A program made the position numbers and the translations under genes. Positions 1-13,717 of a DNA stretch of 64,000 nucleotides are shown here, piece after piece. Under the pieces are notes generated by a model, which worked only from the letters and a program-made list of their open reading frames with translations, was not told the origin of the DNA and made no database searches. The DNA is from Eledone cirrhosa. Taxonomy: Eukaryota. The stretch's first letter is position 1, and each line of letters begins with the position of its first letter. The DNA is taken from positions 22,010,001-22,074,000 of the forward strand of contig OZ024761.1 of the NCBI GenBank assembly GCA_964016885.1. Direction: 5' to 3'.

Positions 1-820
1 CTCTATCACTCTATCTCCTCTGTTACCCCCTCTCCTTTGTTACTCCACCTGTCTCTCTCCTCTATTTACCCCCTCTCCTTTGTTACTCCACCTGTCTCTC
101 TCTCTCTCCTTTGTTACTCCACCTGTCTCTTTCTCTCTCTCTCCTCTGTTACCCCACCTGTCTCTCTCTCTCTCTCTGTTACTCCACCTGTCTCTCTCTC
201 TCTCACACACATACACAGATGGGTTCTACCAGATGGGTTATGAGTGCCCACGATATGCCACCATATGTCATAAAGGGGGTTACTGCGACTCCCATTACAA
301 ACAGTATTGTAAAATGAAATAGGGGCTGTTTTCTGGTGCACTGCTATATGAAAAAGGGTTAAAACAATAACATTGTATCTAAGCTAATAGCATGAGAGAC
401 TGCTGCTGCTATAGCTGCCGTTGTGTTGGCCTGGAATTATTCCTGCCATAAATAGCTACTACAACACTTGCAACAGGACCAATCCATTTTTGATATATCA
501 TCAGCTCTCTCTCCACCCCCTCCATGCCCCTCTCTCTCTCTCTCCACCTCCTCCATCCCTCTCTCTCTCTCTCCACCTCCTCCATCCCTCTCTCTACCAA
601 TTCACTGAAAGGAAAACTGGAGTTATTGTCCATTTTTCTCCACTTCGTATGGCTTCATCTTACCTTATTGATCGATAGCTTCACTTCAATGAGATATGCA
701 TGCACTCACACACAGGTGTATACATGTGTGTGTGTGTCTCTTTTTGCACCATGCTCTATATGTATGTTTGTGTGGTGTATACATCATATATCGATATATA
801 TGTGTTTGTATATGCACCAC

Positions 821-863
<43 letters not shown>

Positions 864-1275
864 ATATATATATATATATATAAGCAAATGGAAAAGCTAA
901 GGCAGCAGATGGAGGGATGGTTGGGTTCTTAACATCTATAAATCCTTAATGTTTAAAAAATTTGTAGAGAGAGCACTTGGAAGTAGCTGTATATGGATTA
1001 TTTTCCAAGCTAATGCTATGTATTTTTACATGTTGGTGAGAGGAGAATGGAGGTGAGGGAGAGACAGAGAGAGGAAGGGAGAGAGAGAAAGGGAGCTTGC
1101 AGAAGTGTTAGTGTCAGAATGTAATGTGTATATGTGTGTATAGGGTTGGATATGCAGGCACACACACACAGACATACACACACATATGTTCCTTAGAAAG
1201 CTGCTTTGTGTGCAGTGTCTTTATTGTATTCTATATAATTGAATTATTTCAAAAGCTGAAGAATTTTGTTAACTT

Positions 1276-1829
1276 AGTGATACAGGTGTGACTGTGTCTT
1301 GGAGATGATAGCGGTGTGACTGTGTCTTGGAGATGACACAGGTGTGACTGTCTTGGAGATGATACAGGTGTGACTGTCTTGGAGATGATACAGGTGTGGC
1401 TGTGTCTTGAAGATGACACAGGTATGACTGCGTCTTGGAGATGATACAGGTGTGACTGTGTCTTGGAGATGACACAGGTGTGACTGTCTTGGAGATGATA
1501 CAGGTGTGACTGTCTTGGAGATGACACAGGTGTGACTGTGTCTTGGAGATGATACAGGTGTGACTGTCTTGGAGATGACACAGGTGTGACTGTGTCTTGG
1601 AGATGATACAGGTGTGACTGTGTCTTGGAGATGACACAGGTGTGACTGTGTCTTACAGATGATACAGGTGTGACTGCCTTGGAGATGACACAGGTGTGAC
1701 TGTGTCTTACAGATGATACAGGTGTGACTGTGTCTTACAGATGATACAGGTGTGACTGTGTCTTACAGATGATACAGGTGTGACTGTGTCTTACAGATGA
1801 TACAGGTGTGACTGTGTCTTACAGATGAT
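1276..1829. repeat. 26-28-bp minisatellite, about 20 copies
   Basis: Unit gatgatacaggtgtgactg(tg)tcttgga. Confidence 0.95.
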
Positions 1830-2518
1830 AGCTATACACACACAGCATCCTGGGTTCAAATCCACTTCATATCTTCAGTATGGGTCTTTAGCTTTGGGTC
1901 AGTTCCACCTGTTGTTGTTGCTCTTGATCCTGTTGATACTGTTAATGATGGTGTTGGTGTTGTTACTACTGTTGGTGTTGTTACTACTGTTGGTGTTGTT
2001 ACTACTGTTGGTGTTGTTACTACTGTTGGTGTTGTTACTACTGTTGGTGTTGTTACTACTGTTGGTGTTGTTACTACTGTTGGTGTTGGTGTTCAAGTGA
2101 TAAACTCCACTAACTCAGCTTCAAAACTGCTTCAACTTCAATGAAAGAAATTAGATTAAAATTCAACAACAGAATTGAAATAATTAATTATTGCTGTTGA
2201 TTTCAATAAATAAATGATGACAGCTCATTAACTGAGATTGCTTACTGTAGTCTGATATAATGGAGATTAATAATTTTATTGCGGTTGTGTCAAATCTCCT
2301 GTGTGTTTACATTGTCATCGTATGATCATAACTGCTTTATAACTTTGTAAGCATAGGAGACACACTTTAATAGCAGGACACTGACCTCGCCTTAATAAAA
2401 TTACACACACACACATATTGCTAGATTTTCTAATCCACCAGTCTCTTCTTAGCGCTGAGGGAGACCATCACTAATCTATTAATGTCGATATGATTCTTAT
2501 ATCGATATTATTTGGGCA

Positions 2519-2642
2519 TCCACTGATGAGTTTATAAGAGCCCGCTTGTGTATAAAACTATGGATTATATACAAGTTTCTACATAACCTGGAAATTATTT
2601 ATCCCAAATTGTAGAAATCTTATAACGAAACGGCCGTCTGGA
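2519..2642 (+). ncRNA. Type I hammerhead ribozyme with branched stem II and minimal palindromic stem III
   Basis: tcca-CTGATGA-gtttataaga...tcttataac-GAAA-cggccg-TC-tgga. Stem I is tcca/tgga and the core is intact. Predicted cleavage after C2638. Confidence 0.8.
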
Positions 2643-2820
2643 AGGAAAGAGATATTTATTTAATTATGTCTCATATAAAATAATACAACCAGCTATCCAC
2701 GGAATACTGATTAGTTAGCAGCCCAAACACTAAATTGGGATAATACTTAGGTATATCATAATGTTTGTTGAGTGAGATGGAGTTGGTCAGAGTATCGCTT
2801 AAGGCTTTCTCTGTTTATGT

Positions 2821-2882
<62 letters not shown>

Positions 2883-3128
2883 TATATAGTTTTAGTAAGG
2901 TGATGTCAGTGGCCTGTTTATTAAAGTATGTCTTGTTATTAAAATATATATTGCAACATATCATCATCATCATCGTTTAACGTCTATCTTCCATGCTAGC
3001 ATGGGTTTAGACATATATATATATATATGTTGCAATATATATATAAATATATGTATATGTTACAATATATATGTATATATGTTGCAATATATATGTATAT
3101 ATGTTGCAATATATATGTATATTTTGTA

Positions 3129-3160
<32 letters not shown>

Positions 3161-3227
3161 GTGTTGCAATATCCGTAAGTGTGAAAAGGAAAAAAGAAAA
3201 GATTGGTGATCTCAGATTGTTAAAGCT

Positions 3228-5160
3228 AATGGAGATGACAATGGCAATGACAAGACAAGTGTAGAGAGAGGTTGTACTGAGAAAGGTCATGTCCGACCCA
3301 TGCCTGGAACAATGGAGATGACAATGACAAGACAAGACAAGTGTAGAGAGAGGTTGTACTGAGAAAGACATGTCCGACCCATGCCTGGAACAATGGAGAT
3401 GACAATGGCAATGACAAGACAAGTGTAGAGAGAGGTTGTACTGAGAAAGACATGTCCGACCCATGCCTGGAACAATGGAGATGACAATGGCAATGACAAG
3501 ACAAGTGTAGAGAGAGGTTGTACTGAGAAAGACATGTCCGACCCATGCCTGGAACAATGGAGATGACAATGGCAATGACAAGACAAGTGTAGAGAGAGGT
3601 TGTACTGAGAAAGACATGTCCGACCCATGCCTGGAACAATGGAGATGACAATGGCAAGACAAGTGTAGAGAGAGGTTGTACTGAGAAAGACATGTCCGAC
3701 CCATGCCTGGAACAATGGAGATGACAATGGCAATGACAAGACAAGTGTAGAGAGAGGTTGTACTGAGAAAGACATGTCCGACCCATGCCTGGAACAATGG
3801 AGATGACAATGGCAATGACAAGACAAGTGTAGAGAGAGGTTGTACTGAGAAAGACATGTCCGACCCATGCCTGGAACAATGGAGATGACAATGGCAATGA
3901 CAAGACAAGTGTAGAGAGAGGTTGTACTGAGAAAGACATGTCTGACCCATGCCTGGAACAATGGAGATGACAATGGCAAGACAAGTGTAGAGAGAGGTTG
4001 TACTGAGAAAGACATGTCCGACCCATGCCTGGAACAATGGAGATGACAATGGCAATGACAAGACAAGTGTAGAGAGAGGTTGTACTGAGAAAGACATGTC
4101 CGACCCATGCCTGGAACAATGGAGATGACAATGGCAATGACAAGACAAGTGTAGAGAGAGGTTGTACTGAGAAAGACATGTCCGACCCATGCCTGGAACA
4201 ATGGAGATGACAATGGCAATGACAAGACAAGTGTAGAGAGAGGTTGTACTGAGAAAGACATGTCTGACCCATGCCTGGAACAATGGAGATGACAATGGCA
4301 AGACAAGTGTAGAGAGAGGTTGTACTGAGAAAGACATGTCCGACCCATGCCTGGAACAATGGAGATGACAATGGCAATGACAAGACAAGTGTAGAGAGAG
4401 GTTGTACTGAGAAAGACATGTCCGACCCATGCCTGGAACAATGGAGATGACAATGGCAATGACAAGACAAGTGTAGAGAGAGGTTGTACTGAGAAAGACA
4501 TGTCTGACCCATGCCTGGAACAATGGAGATGACAATGGCAAGACAAGTGTAGAGAGAGGTTGTACTGAGAAAGACATGTCCGACCCATGCCTGGAACAAT
4601 GGAGATGACAATGGCAATGACAAGACAAGTGTAGAGAGAGGTTGTACTGAGAAAGACATGTCCGACCCATGCCTGGAACAATGGAGATGACAATGGCAAT
4701 GACAAGACAAGTGTAGAGAGAGGTTGTACTGAGAAAGACATGTCCGACCCATGCCTGGAACAATGGAGATGACAATGGCAATGACAAGACAAGTGTAGAG
4801 AGAGGTTGTACTGAGAAAGACATGTCCGACCCATGCCTGGAACAATGGAGATGACAATGGCAATGACAAGACAAGTGTAGAGAGAGGTTGTACTGAGAAA
4901 GACATGTCCGACCCATGCCTGGAACAATGGAGATGACAATGGCAAGACAAGTGTAGAGAGAGGTTGTACTGAGAAAGACATGTCCGACCCATGCCTGGAA
5001 CAATGGAGATGACAATGACAAGACAAGTGTAGAGAGAGGTTGTACTGAGAAAGACATGTCCGACCCATGCCTGGAACAATGGAAATGACAATGGCAAGAC
5101 AAGTGTAGAGAGAGGTTGTACTGAGAAAGACATGTCTGACCCATGCCTGGAACAATGGAC
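3228..5160. repeat. 82/76-bp minisatellite, about 24 copies, derived from a LINE 3' end
   Basis: Unit aatggagatgacaatggcaatgacaagacaagtgtagagagaggttgtactgagaaagacatgtccgacccatgcctggaac. The array ends in ggacgttaaa. Confidence 0.95.
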
Positions 5161-5165
5161 GTTAA

Positions 5166-5593
5166 ATTAATAATAATAATTGTTTCTACTTTTGGCACAA
5201 GGCCAGCATAGACCCAATGTATTACTGGTACTTTATTCTATCGACCCCGGAAGGATGAAAGGCAAAGTTAACCTCGGTGGGATTTGAACTCAGATCATAC
5301 AGGGAGGTAACTCTATGCTTCAAAGCATGGCGTCCGACCCTCTACCGATACTGCCAATCCACCGCCTAAATTAATAATAATAATAATAATTGTTTCTACT
5401 TTAGGCACAAAGCCAACAATTTTAGGGAGGGAAAGTTGATTAAATCAACCCCACTGCATTACTGGTACTTTATTTGATCGACCCTGTAAGAATGAAAGGC
5501 AAAGCTAACCTCGACGGGATTTGAATTCAGATCGTAAAGGCCCCTAATTCTTTGCGTCAAAACATGGTGTTCGACCCTCTACCGATACTGCCA
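5166..5593 (-). mobile_element. Two tandem copies of an (AAT)n-tailed SINE (family C)
   Basis: Each copy has (taa)n-tttctact..ggcacaa..actggtactttat..tcgacccc..aggatgaaaggcaaag..aacctcg..ggatttgaa. Other copies at 34178-34406 (-), partial at about 12720-12790 and 43820-43890 (+). Confidence 0.85.
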
Positions 5594-6629
5594 TAATAAT
5601 ATAAATAAATAAATATAGCATATTGGATGTAGAACAACCCTGCGAAACCTACCTGTGTACCCCTCCCACCCCCTACCAACCTACTTACCCCTCCCACCCC
5701 CTACCAACCTACTTACCTAGCCACTCTCCCACATAACTATATAGCCATCCACCTCCCTATCTACCTACATACCCTGCCCATGTACCCACCTACATACCTA
5801 TCCCCCTCCCTATCTACCTACATACCTACCAATTCCTTTCAAGCCAGGAATATTTTCTCTGATACTCCTTTGTGACACATGAAGGTAACACTCTTGGCAC
5901 CTATCTTCTCATTGCTATAAAGAATTCTTCACAAACACGTCTTTCTATGTGTGTGTGTAAATATATATAAACATGTGTGTCTCTGTGTAAATATATATAA
6001 ACATGTTTGTCTCTGTGTAAATATATATAAACATGTTTGTCTCTGTGTAAATATATATAAACGTGTGTGTCTGTGTAAATATATGTAAATTGTTTGTGTC
6101 TCTGTGTAACTGTCTATGTGAAAATATATATAAAGATGGTGCATCTGTGTGTAAACATATATACGTGTGTGTAGCACTTGTGGCTTCTGTTGGTCTAGAA
6201 ATAGTGATGTATATCATGAGAATAACAGGTGTTATTGGTGCCATTACCTGGGAAGCAATCAGCTAGACACACTTCTGATAAGAATCTGTTGTTGCTACTA
6301 CTGGTGCTCTTCATGTCGTAGTTAGTTTACCGAAATTCTTTAACCCCACATGAAACAACCACTCATTCTATGATATAAAACTGTTTAGTTTAACCCTTAG
6401 CATCCTTTAATGCTACATGAGAACAGATTTGTTAGTTCAAATGTTGGTAGTATCTTTACTAGTAAACAGATTGTTGTGAACATTTGCTGCTAGGCATTTG
6501 TCCGAAGCTCTAACAACTCTCCTGACCCTCCACCAGTCTAAACCCAAACTTAATGATGAAAAAGTTATATTACTAAAGCCCTCCACAAAAATTACAGCTA
6601 GTGTCTTTCATTAGAAATATATAGCACCC

Positions 6630-7125
6630 AGCCCACACTGTAAAGTGGTCGTGTAAAAGACACAACAAAAAGTCCCCAGACCACACTGTAAAGTGGCCGT
6701 GTAAAAGACACAACAAAAAGTCCCCAGACCACACTGTAAAGTGGCTGTGTAAAAGACACAGCAAAAAGTACCCAGACCACACTGTAAAGTGGCCGTGTAA
6801 AAGACACAACAAAAAGTCCCCAGACCACACTGTAAAGTGGCCGTGTAAAAGACACAACAAAAAGTACCCAGACCACACTGTAAAGTGGCTGTGTAAAAGA
6901 CACAGCAAAAAGTACCCAGACCACACTGTAAAGTGGCCGTGTAAAAGACACAACAAAAAGTACCCAGACCACACTGTAAAGTGGCCGTGTAAAAGACACA
7001 ACAAAAAGTACCCAGACCACACTGTAAAGTGGCCGTGTAAAAGACACAACAAAAAGTCCCCAGACCACACTGTAAAGTGGCCGTGTAAAAGACACAACAA
7101 AAAGTACCCAGACCACACTGTAAAT
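6630..7125. repeat. 48-bp minisatellite, about 10 copies, running into a SINE-A-type 3' half (to about 7278)
   Basis: Unit ccagaccacactgtaaagtggccgtgtaaaagacacaacaaaaagtac, followed by ggttggcgttaggaaaggtatccag. Confidence 0.92.
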
Positions 7126-7275
7126 GTGGTTGGCGTTAGGAAAGGTATCCAGCCATAGAAAACCAGCCTGAAACAGTCCTATATGAGAGAGACATGGTCA
7201 CCCGACCCAGCTTGCCTCTAAATGGGACACCGTCTAACCCATGCTAGTGTGGAAGATAGACGTTAATCGATGATG

Positions 7276-7349
<74 letters not shown>

Positions 7350-8108
7350 GCACACACACACACACATATATACCAACACACACATATATGCACACACACA
7401 CACACATATGCACACGCACTCAGAGCTAAGCTAAATAACAAACATTCAGAAGAACTATTCAATGAAAACAGGTTAATGAGAGAGCTCACACAGACACACA
7501 GACACAGTGGAATGGCTGTTTAGTGTCAGGCAATTTTACTTCTGTTTCTGCAATAGCTTGGTTACATTTCCTAAAAGTCTGCGAGAAGGAAGGAAAGAAG
7601 AAAAAAATGAAAGCAAAGAGAAAAGCAAAACTGGGAATGACTGACAGCCACTGTTGATAGAAGGAAAGAACAAGATATAGACATGCATTAGGAACCAATT
7701 CACTGTTGAAGAAACTCAGTTCTTTTTATCATAGCAGTGTTTTATTGATCTTGGCTACTAGGGGGGAAAATCTGCTTCACTTCTCCCTTGTAACAGCCTT
7801 TCTCTATATCTATCTTGTTAAGATAGTCACTGACAAATTTATTATAAGCAGATTCTGATTTTTATGTCATTAAGATAATAAATCTGAATTGTAGAGACAC
7901 CATATTTTGTAACTTAACAAAGCTTCTAGCATAAAATTATGATGGAAGATTTTTAGATAGATATAAACAATTTAACCCTTTCAGTATGAATTTTCAATTG
8001 ATTTTGAAAATAATAACAAGAATTTGGAGGGATTTATATTGACAACTCTATTATATACCATTATCAATAAGGGACTTTAACATCTGAAACTACTTCGCAT
8101 TTTCGCAT

Positions 8109-8153
<45 letters not shown>

Positions 8154-8458
8154 ATTTATATATATATATTTATATATTTATATATATATATATATGCGCG
8201 TGTGTGAGTTGTTAGAGAATTGGATTCGCCATTGTGAGATTGTGATTTTGTTTCTTGCACCGAGCAATGAATTATGTCCTTGAGCAAGACACTTTATTTC
8301 ACGTTGCTCCCTCTGCCTGGATTTATGACCGATAGATAGTATTAGCAGTTGGAAAGATCAATGGAAATATTGTTTCCTCGGTCCAATTTGACGAGCTCCA
8401 CCGCACTCGTTAAGCAAATGAGATCTGGGATCTTGTTGATCTACTATATATATATATA

Positions 8459-8500
<42 letters not shown>

Positions 8501-10042
8501 ACCAAAGATTAATATGGTTCATTGATTATTCAACGAATACAATTTTACAATAGATTAGAAGCACTCGACAACATTTTCCTGGAGTATTTAATATAAATAT
8601 AAATATATATATAAATATAAATATAAATATATATTAAAATGACAGATTAAAGTTTAAGCAAAGAATCACTGCTTTCACCCTTAACGGGATCTGTCGTTTT
8701 AATTAATATTTGCTCTATGGTTTTTATATATTTGGTATATATTTATCCTTATTGAGCCCTCTTTGGATTTTAGTCTTCACATTTATTATATTGGCAAATT
8801 TATTCTACAGCTCCTTTGCTTGTTGCTCTCTGTTGTACCACTTGGCTTCCAGTCAACATTTTGTCATGCGTTTGTTTTGTCTAACTGATGCTAAACTGAT
8901 GTAAACATTTCAAATAGACACAGAGTGTGTGTGGACACTGTTCACATGTCAACCAGAGCTGGATTGATTTTTCTTGATAAAATGTCACTGAGTGGAGTGT
9001 GGTGGTGGGGGCAGTGTCATCTGCCCAATCACCCACCTATTTAGGGCTCTATCCACATTTGCCCCTCCCTACACATGCTCCACTCTCCACTTACCTAGAA
9101 TAATATAAACATGTGTTGTTGTGCCTGTAATTCAAACCTTGCCACACAATGTCATGCTGGATCTCCCTGAGAACTATGTCAAGGACAGCCACTTGTAGTT
9201 TAATTTTACCATTGATTAAACAACTGGAATACGCCTCAATGGAATTGACTGTGTGTACTAACTCCACACTTATCCGTGTTAGTGTAATGTGTATGCATGG
9301 TTATCTAGTACACTACAATACAATGCATACACACACATGATTGTGTGTGTGTATATATATATATATACACACATCTATTACTATTGTGTAATCTGCATAC
9401 ATGTATGTATGCAGATTACACAATAGTAATACTAATAAGAATAACCCCCCCCCCTGCCATACACACATATATATATAATTGTTGTGTAATCTGCACACAC
9501 AGACGCACACACCTACTCACACACAGACGCACACACCTACTTACACACAGACGCACACACAGACTTCTACACTCACTCACACACAGACGCACACACCTAC
9601 TCACACACAGACGCACACACCTACTCACACACAGACGCACACACCTACTCACACACAGACTTTTACACTCACACATTAGTGTTAATGGTTTCACATGGAA
9701 AAGTCAAAATGCCTGTACTGAAGAGTTCAATGTAATACAAATGGAATTCTTTTATGGTGAATAACTTGTGTATTATTTCCTAGTTCACATTTGAAACAAC
9801 CTCCCTGCATGTCTCTTCTTGCACTGATTAATTCCACATACCCTCCCCTATCTCTCTCTCTCTCAGGGCTCCCCCTCACTCTCAGGGCTCCTTCCCTCTT
9901 ACTCTCTGCTGTTCAGTAGTCAGTCAGTTATAGATGTCTGTGTGAGAGCTAGAGATAGGAGACGGGAGAGGTCACTACTTATCTATCTCACTCTCTCCTG
10001 GTTCAGCAGTCAGTCAGTAAATGGATGGATGTGTTTGTGTGT

Positions 10043-10080
<38 letters not shown>

Positions 10081-10081
10081 C

Positions 10082-10112
<31 letters not shown>

Positions 10113-11721
10113 GAGAGAGATAGAGAAGGAGAGGTCAGTACTTATTTCTCAATTGAAAAAATTCTGCTTAGCTCATTTTATCTGTACTGTATAGTACAGC
10201 TTTATATGATTGCTGACTGGATGTGTTGCTCTATAGAGTTACTTCCCCTTCTTTATCTCTAACTACCACAACAGTAGTAATAATGCAGCCAACATTCCAA
10301 TAGCTGGCAAGGGTGGGGAGGTGGTGCAAGGGCACAAGAGGGATAAGATCAGAGAGAAAGCTCTTTAAATGATTGTATAAAGAAATATGGTTGGTGGTAG
10401 TAGTAATGGTGGTGGTGGTGGTGGTAGTAATAGTAATGGTGGTAGTGGTTGTAGTAGTAGTGGTGGTGGTACTGGTTATAGTAGTAGCGGTGGTGGTGGC
10501 GGTGGTAGTGGTTGTAGTAGTAGTAGTAGTGGTGGTGGTACTGGTTATAGTAGTAGCGGTGGTGGTGGTGGCTGTAGTGGTAGTGGTGGCGGTGGTAGTA
10601 GTGGTGGTGGTGGACAAGATGGTTTGATGGTTGCTTGATTCACTACCTTTTACAAATTCATGACTCGACCTTGTTAGCTTCCATCTGTCACAAATAACAA
10701 CATGTGAGTCTTTGCTGGAACTGAATTCTTTGTTACCATGTCTGACATTAAATTGCTAGAGTCTTTAGTGTGTCTGGTGAGTCTGTAGAGCGTCTGTCAG
10801 AATAAATGTGTCATAATTGGAGGCTTAATAGACAAAAGCTCTTCGGCGGGAGTCAAAGGTGTGGCAGAATTATTCAAAGGGTCCGCTAACAGAGATCACT
10901 GGTATCTGATCTGAATGTAAATCCTGCCCATCTCCTGTCACTGAGCAATGGAAACATTGTTTCCTTGGTCCCCTTTCTGTCATTGGATGTTGTCTGACAT
11001 TGCACAATGAGTTTTGAGTTGCATATGACACAATCACTCTCTCTTTCTCCCTCTCCCTCACACCATCTCTCACACCCCCTTCCCACTACCTCCTTCCTTT
11101 TCATCTCCTTAGAATGTATTAAAAGTAGCCCAGTTATTTCATCCATCCATGTTCATTGTGTCTCCAATAACACCCTCCATACCCCACCCCCACCCCACTA
11201 CAATCTATTCTCAGCCATCTACACCCCCCCCCCCTCTTCCTCAATTCCACTTAGCTGAAATTAATAAATTTTTGATTTCCATTCTTAGTTTGCCTGCATT
11301 TCTGTGCATCCCCCGTTGCAGCTGCTGGGCTCTTGCTTTCATCTGTCAGCGAGGAACTGCACAGCAAGATTAGCGACATCTTAAACACTGTCATCACATC
11401 GCATTGGTACCTAGAGAGGGGTGCAGGGTGGGGAGAGAGAGAGGGGTGCAGGGTGGGGAGAGAGATAGATAGATAGATAGATAGAGGGGGCGGGGAGAGG
11501 GGAGAGATATATATATATAGAGTGAGAGAGGGGGAGAGGAGAGATAGAGAGTGAGAGGGATGGGATGGAGAGAGAGGGGGGGGGAGGTAGAGTGGATGGG
11601 ATGAGGAGAGAGAAAGAATGCATGTATGAGGGGGAAGCTGGGGGGCAGCGTCAGTGATGACAATGGTGAGGGTGGTATGATAATGATGAGGATGATGATG
11701 ATAGTGGTATGGCAGTGGTGG

Positions 11722-11778
<57 letters not shown>

Positions 11779-11879
11779 TTGCTTTGGTACCAACACCAGT
11801 AATTCACTGAATCACCTGCACTACACACACACACACACACACACACACACCCACACCCACACACACCCACACCACACAC

Positions 11880-11910
<31 letters not shown>

Positions 11911-12585
11911 CACCACACACACACCATACACATACAGAGTAGGTTTTGCAGTTTCTATGTTCCAAGTTCCACTAACAAACCAATATTCAACCTGCAGCTA
12001 TAGTAGGTAGAGAGACTTGCCCAAGGTGGCATCCAGTCGGACTGAACCCTCACCCATGCTATACCTGCACAGATTCTGTATATTTCTCTCTTGTTCTCTC
12101 ATAATGTTTGTGTGTGCGTGTATATATATATATATATATATATATAGTGTGTGTGTGTAAATATGTATATATGATCATCGTTGTTTTAATGTCTGCTTTC
12201 CCTGCTAGCATGGGTTGGACGAGTCTATATAGACCAAGTCAGAACTGAAGCGGAGCCACTGATCTCCCAGGCTAGAGATCTGTGTCTTGCTTTATGTATG
12301 GTTGACGCTCCACCGAGTGCACAGAAGAGGATGTCATGTCTTTGACACAACTAAGGGTCCTTTTTCTGTTTGGCAAGTTATCTACGGCTTGATGCCCTTC
12401 CTAACACCAACCCCTTTCCAGTGTGTACTGTGTGTGTTTATTGTGTAGATCACCAACACTAGGGAAGTTATCATGTCCTTGACATGGCTGAAGGGTCTTC
12501 CCAACCTTTTCTTTATGTCTTTACATATATATATCAATTGATCTTTATATAATTAACCCATGGTTTTGTTTTTCCTTCCAACCAG

Positions 12586-12666
12586 ATGCCTACTCACAAA
12601 AAACTTCATACGGCTTGGAAAGTGGTTTGTACAGCCCTATGACCAAAATTCTCCCACAGACAGGAG
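12586..12666 (+). CDS. MED13: MED13 coding exon (first seen in window)
   Basis: ccag|A...AG|gtaa. Translates CLLTKNFIRLGKWFVQPYDQNSPTDR, matching the MED13 N-terminal motif 'RCL..NFVRIGKWFVKPY'. Phase 2 in, phase 2 out. Confidence 0.92.
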
Positions 12667-12789
12667 GTAAATATACACACATATATATATCTTTTATTTC
12701 TTTTAAATATACAATTTTGTCCACGAGGTTAACTTTGCACTTCATCTTTGTCGGGGTCAATAACATAAAGTACCAGTAATGCACTGGGA

Positions 12790-13032
12790 TGCTCATCAGT
12801 CCAGCGCTTCGCCTGGTTTCGTGGCATGAAGCGACTGAGAGTATAAGACTCCACCCTGGACAGGACACCAGTCCATTGCAGGGTTAAACTCCCAGCTATT
12901 ATTGCTGGTAGTCATTTTCAACTGTGTATACTGGAGCAATGTGAAATGAAGTGTTTTGCTCAAGAACACAACACACAACCTAGTCCAGGAATTGAACCCA
13001 CGACATTATGACCATAAAGCCAACACCTTTAC
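12790..13032 (-). mobile_element. SINE family B copy
   Basis: Reverse complement of the 33257-33550 element. Confidence 0.78.
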
Positions 13033-13410
13033 CTTGTATATTAACTGTAATATATTCAAATGAAGTTAATCAAGCATTCATGGTATCTTCTGGCTCGCCG
13101 CACATTCAGTTAAAATTCCGCTCAAGTCAACTGAAATAATTTTACTGTAAATATTAAAAATGTTGTTAATTCAAATGTTGATAGTATCTTTACTAATGGA
13201 CAGATTGTTGTGAAAATTTGCTGTATTATCCCATAACATTTTGTAATGATTGAGCAGAAAATATCTACAAGTGGCATTGTTGATTCAAATGTAAACATTT
13301 TTATATTGATGCAGTCACAGTGTTGTTTCATACTTTTCATGTGGTTCCATGTGGTACAGGATATTGAGAATTAAAAAACACTAATCTTTCTTTTTTCTTT
13401 CTTTCTCCAG

Positions 13411-13556
13411 TTCCCATTTATCATTCTGCTTCCATTTCTTCCTTCATGGAGAAAGTACTGTATGTGCCAGTATAGAGATAAAACAACACCCTCCACTATG
13501 GAGGTTAACCCCACAACATCTTACACTGGTGCAAGAAAGCACTTCTCCACTACAAG
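13411..13556 (+). CDS. MED13: MED13 coding exon
   Basis: Polypyrimidine tract plus cag; ends G|gtaa. SHLSFCFHFFLHGESTVCASIEIKQHPPLWRLTPQHLTLVQESTSPLQ matches MED13 'HLSCSFTFFLHG.S.VC.SVEI.QH'. Phase 2 to 1. Confidence 0.95.
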
Positions 13557-13717
13557 GTAAACTGACTCCCTTTTTGTTTTTATTTCCATCAACAGACCTA
13601 AACACATGTGCATCCATCTTGAAAGACAGCCCAGAGAGGAAATCTTTAGGAATGCAAGTTAGGAGGGAAAATTACAGTAAATAAAAAAAATTAAAGCAAC
13701 AGTTTGCACTTTTCTTA

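Noticed and set aside
3060-5198. Three overlapping 620-712 aa ORFs on the minus strand
   Set aside because: They are translations of the 82/76-bp satellite, open in all three frames only because the unit lacks stop codons.
8867-8904. MRLFCLTDAK resembling the MED13 N-terminal 'NLFCLADL'
   Set aside because: Short chance match with no flanking homology, an immediate stop and no suitable splice sites.
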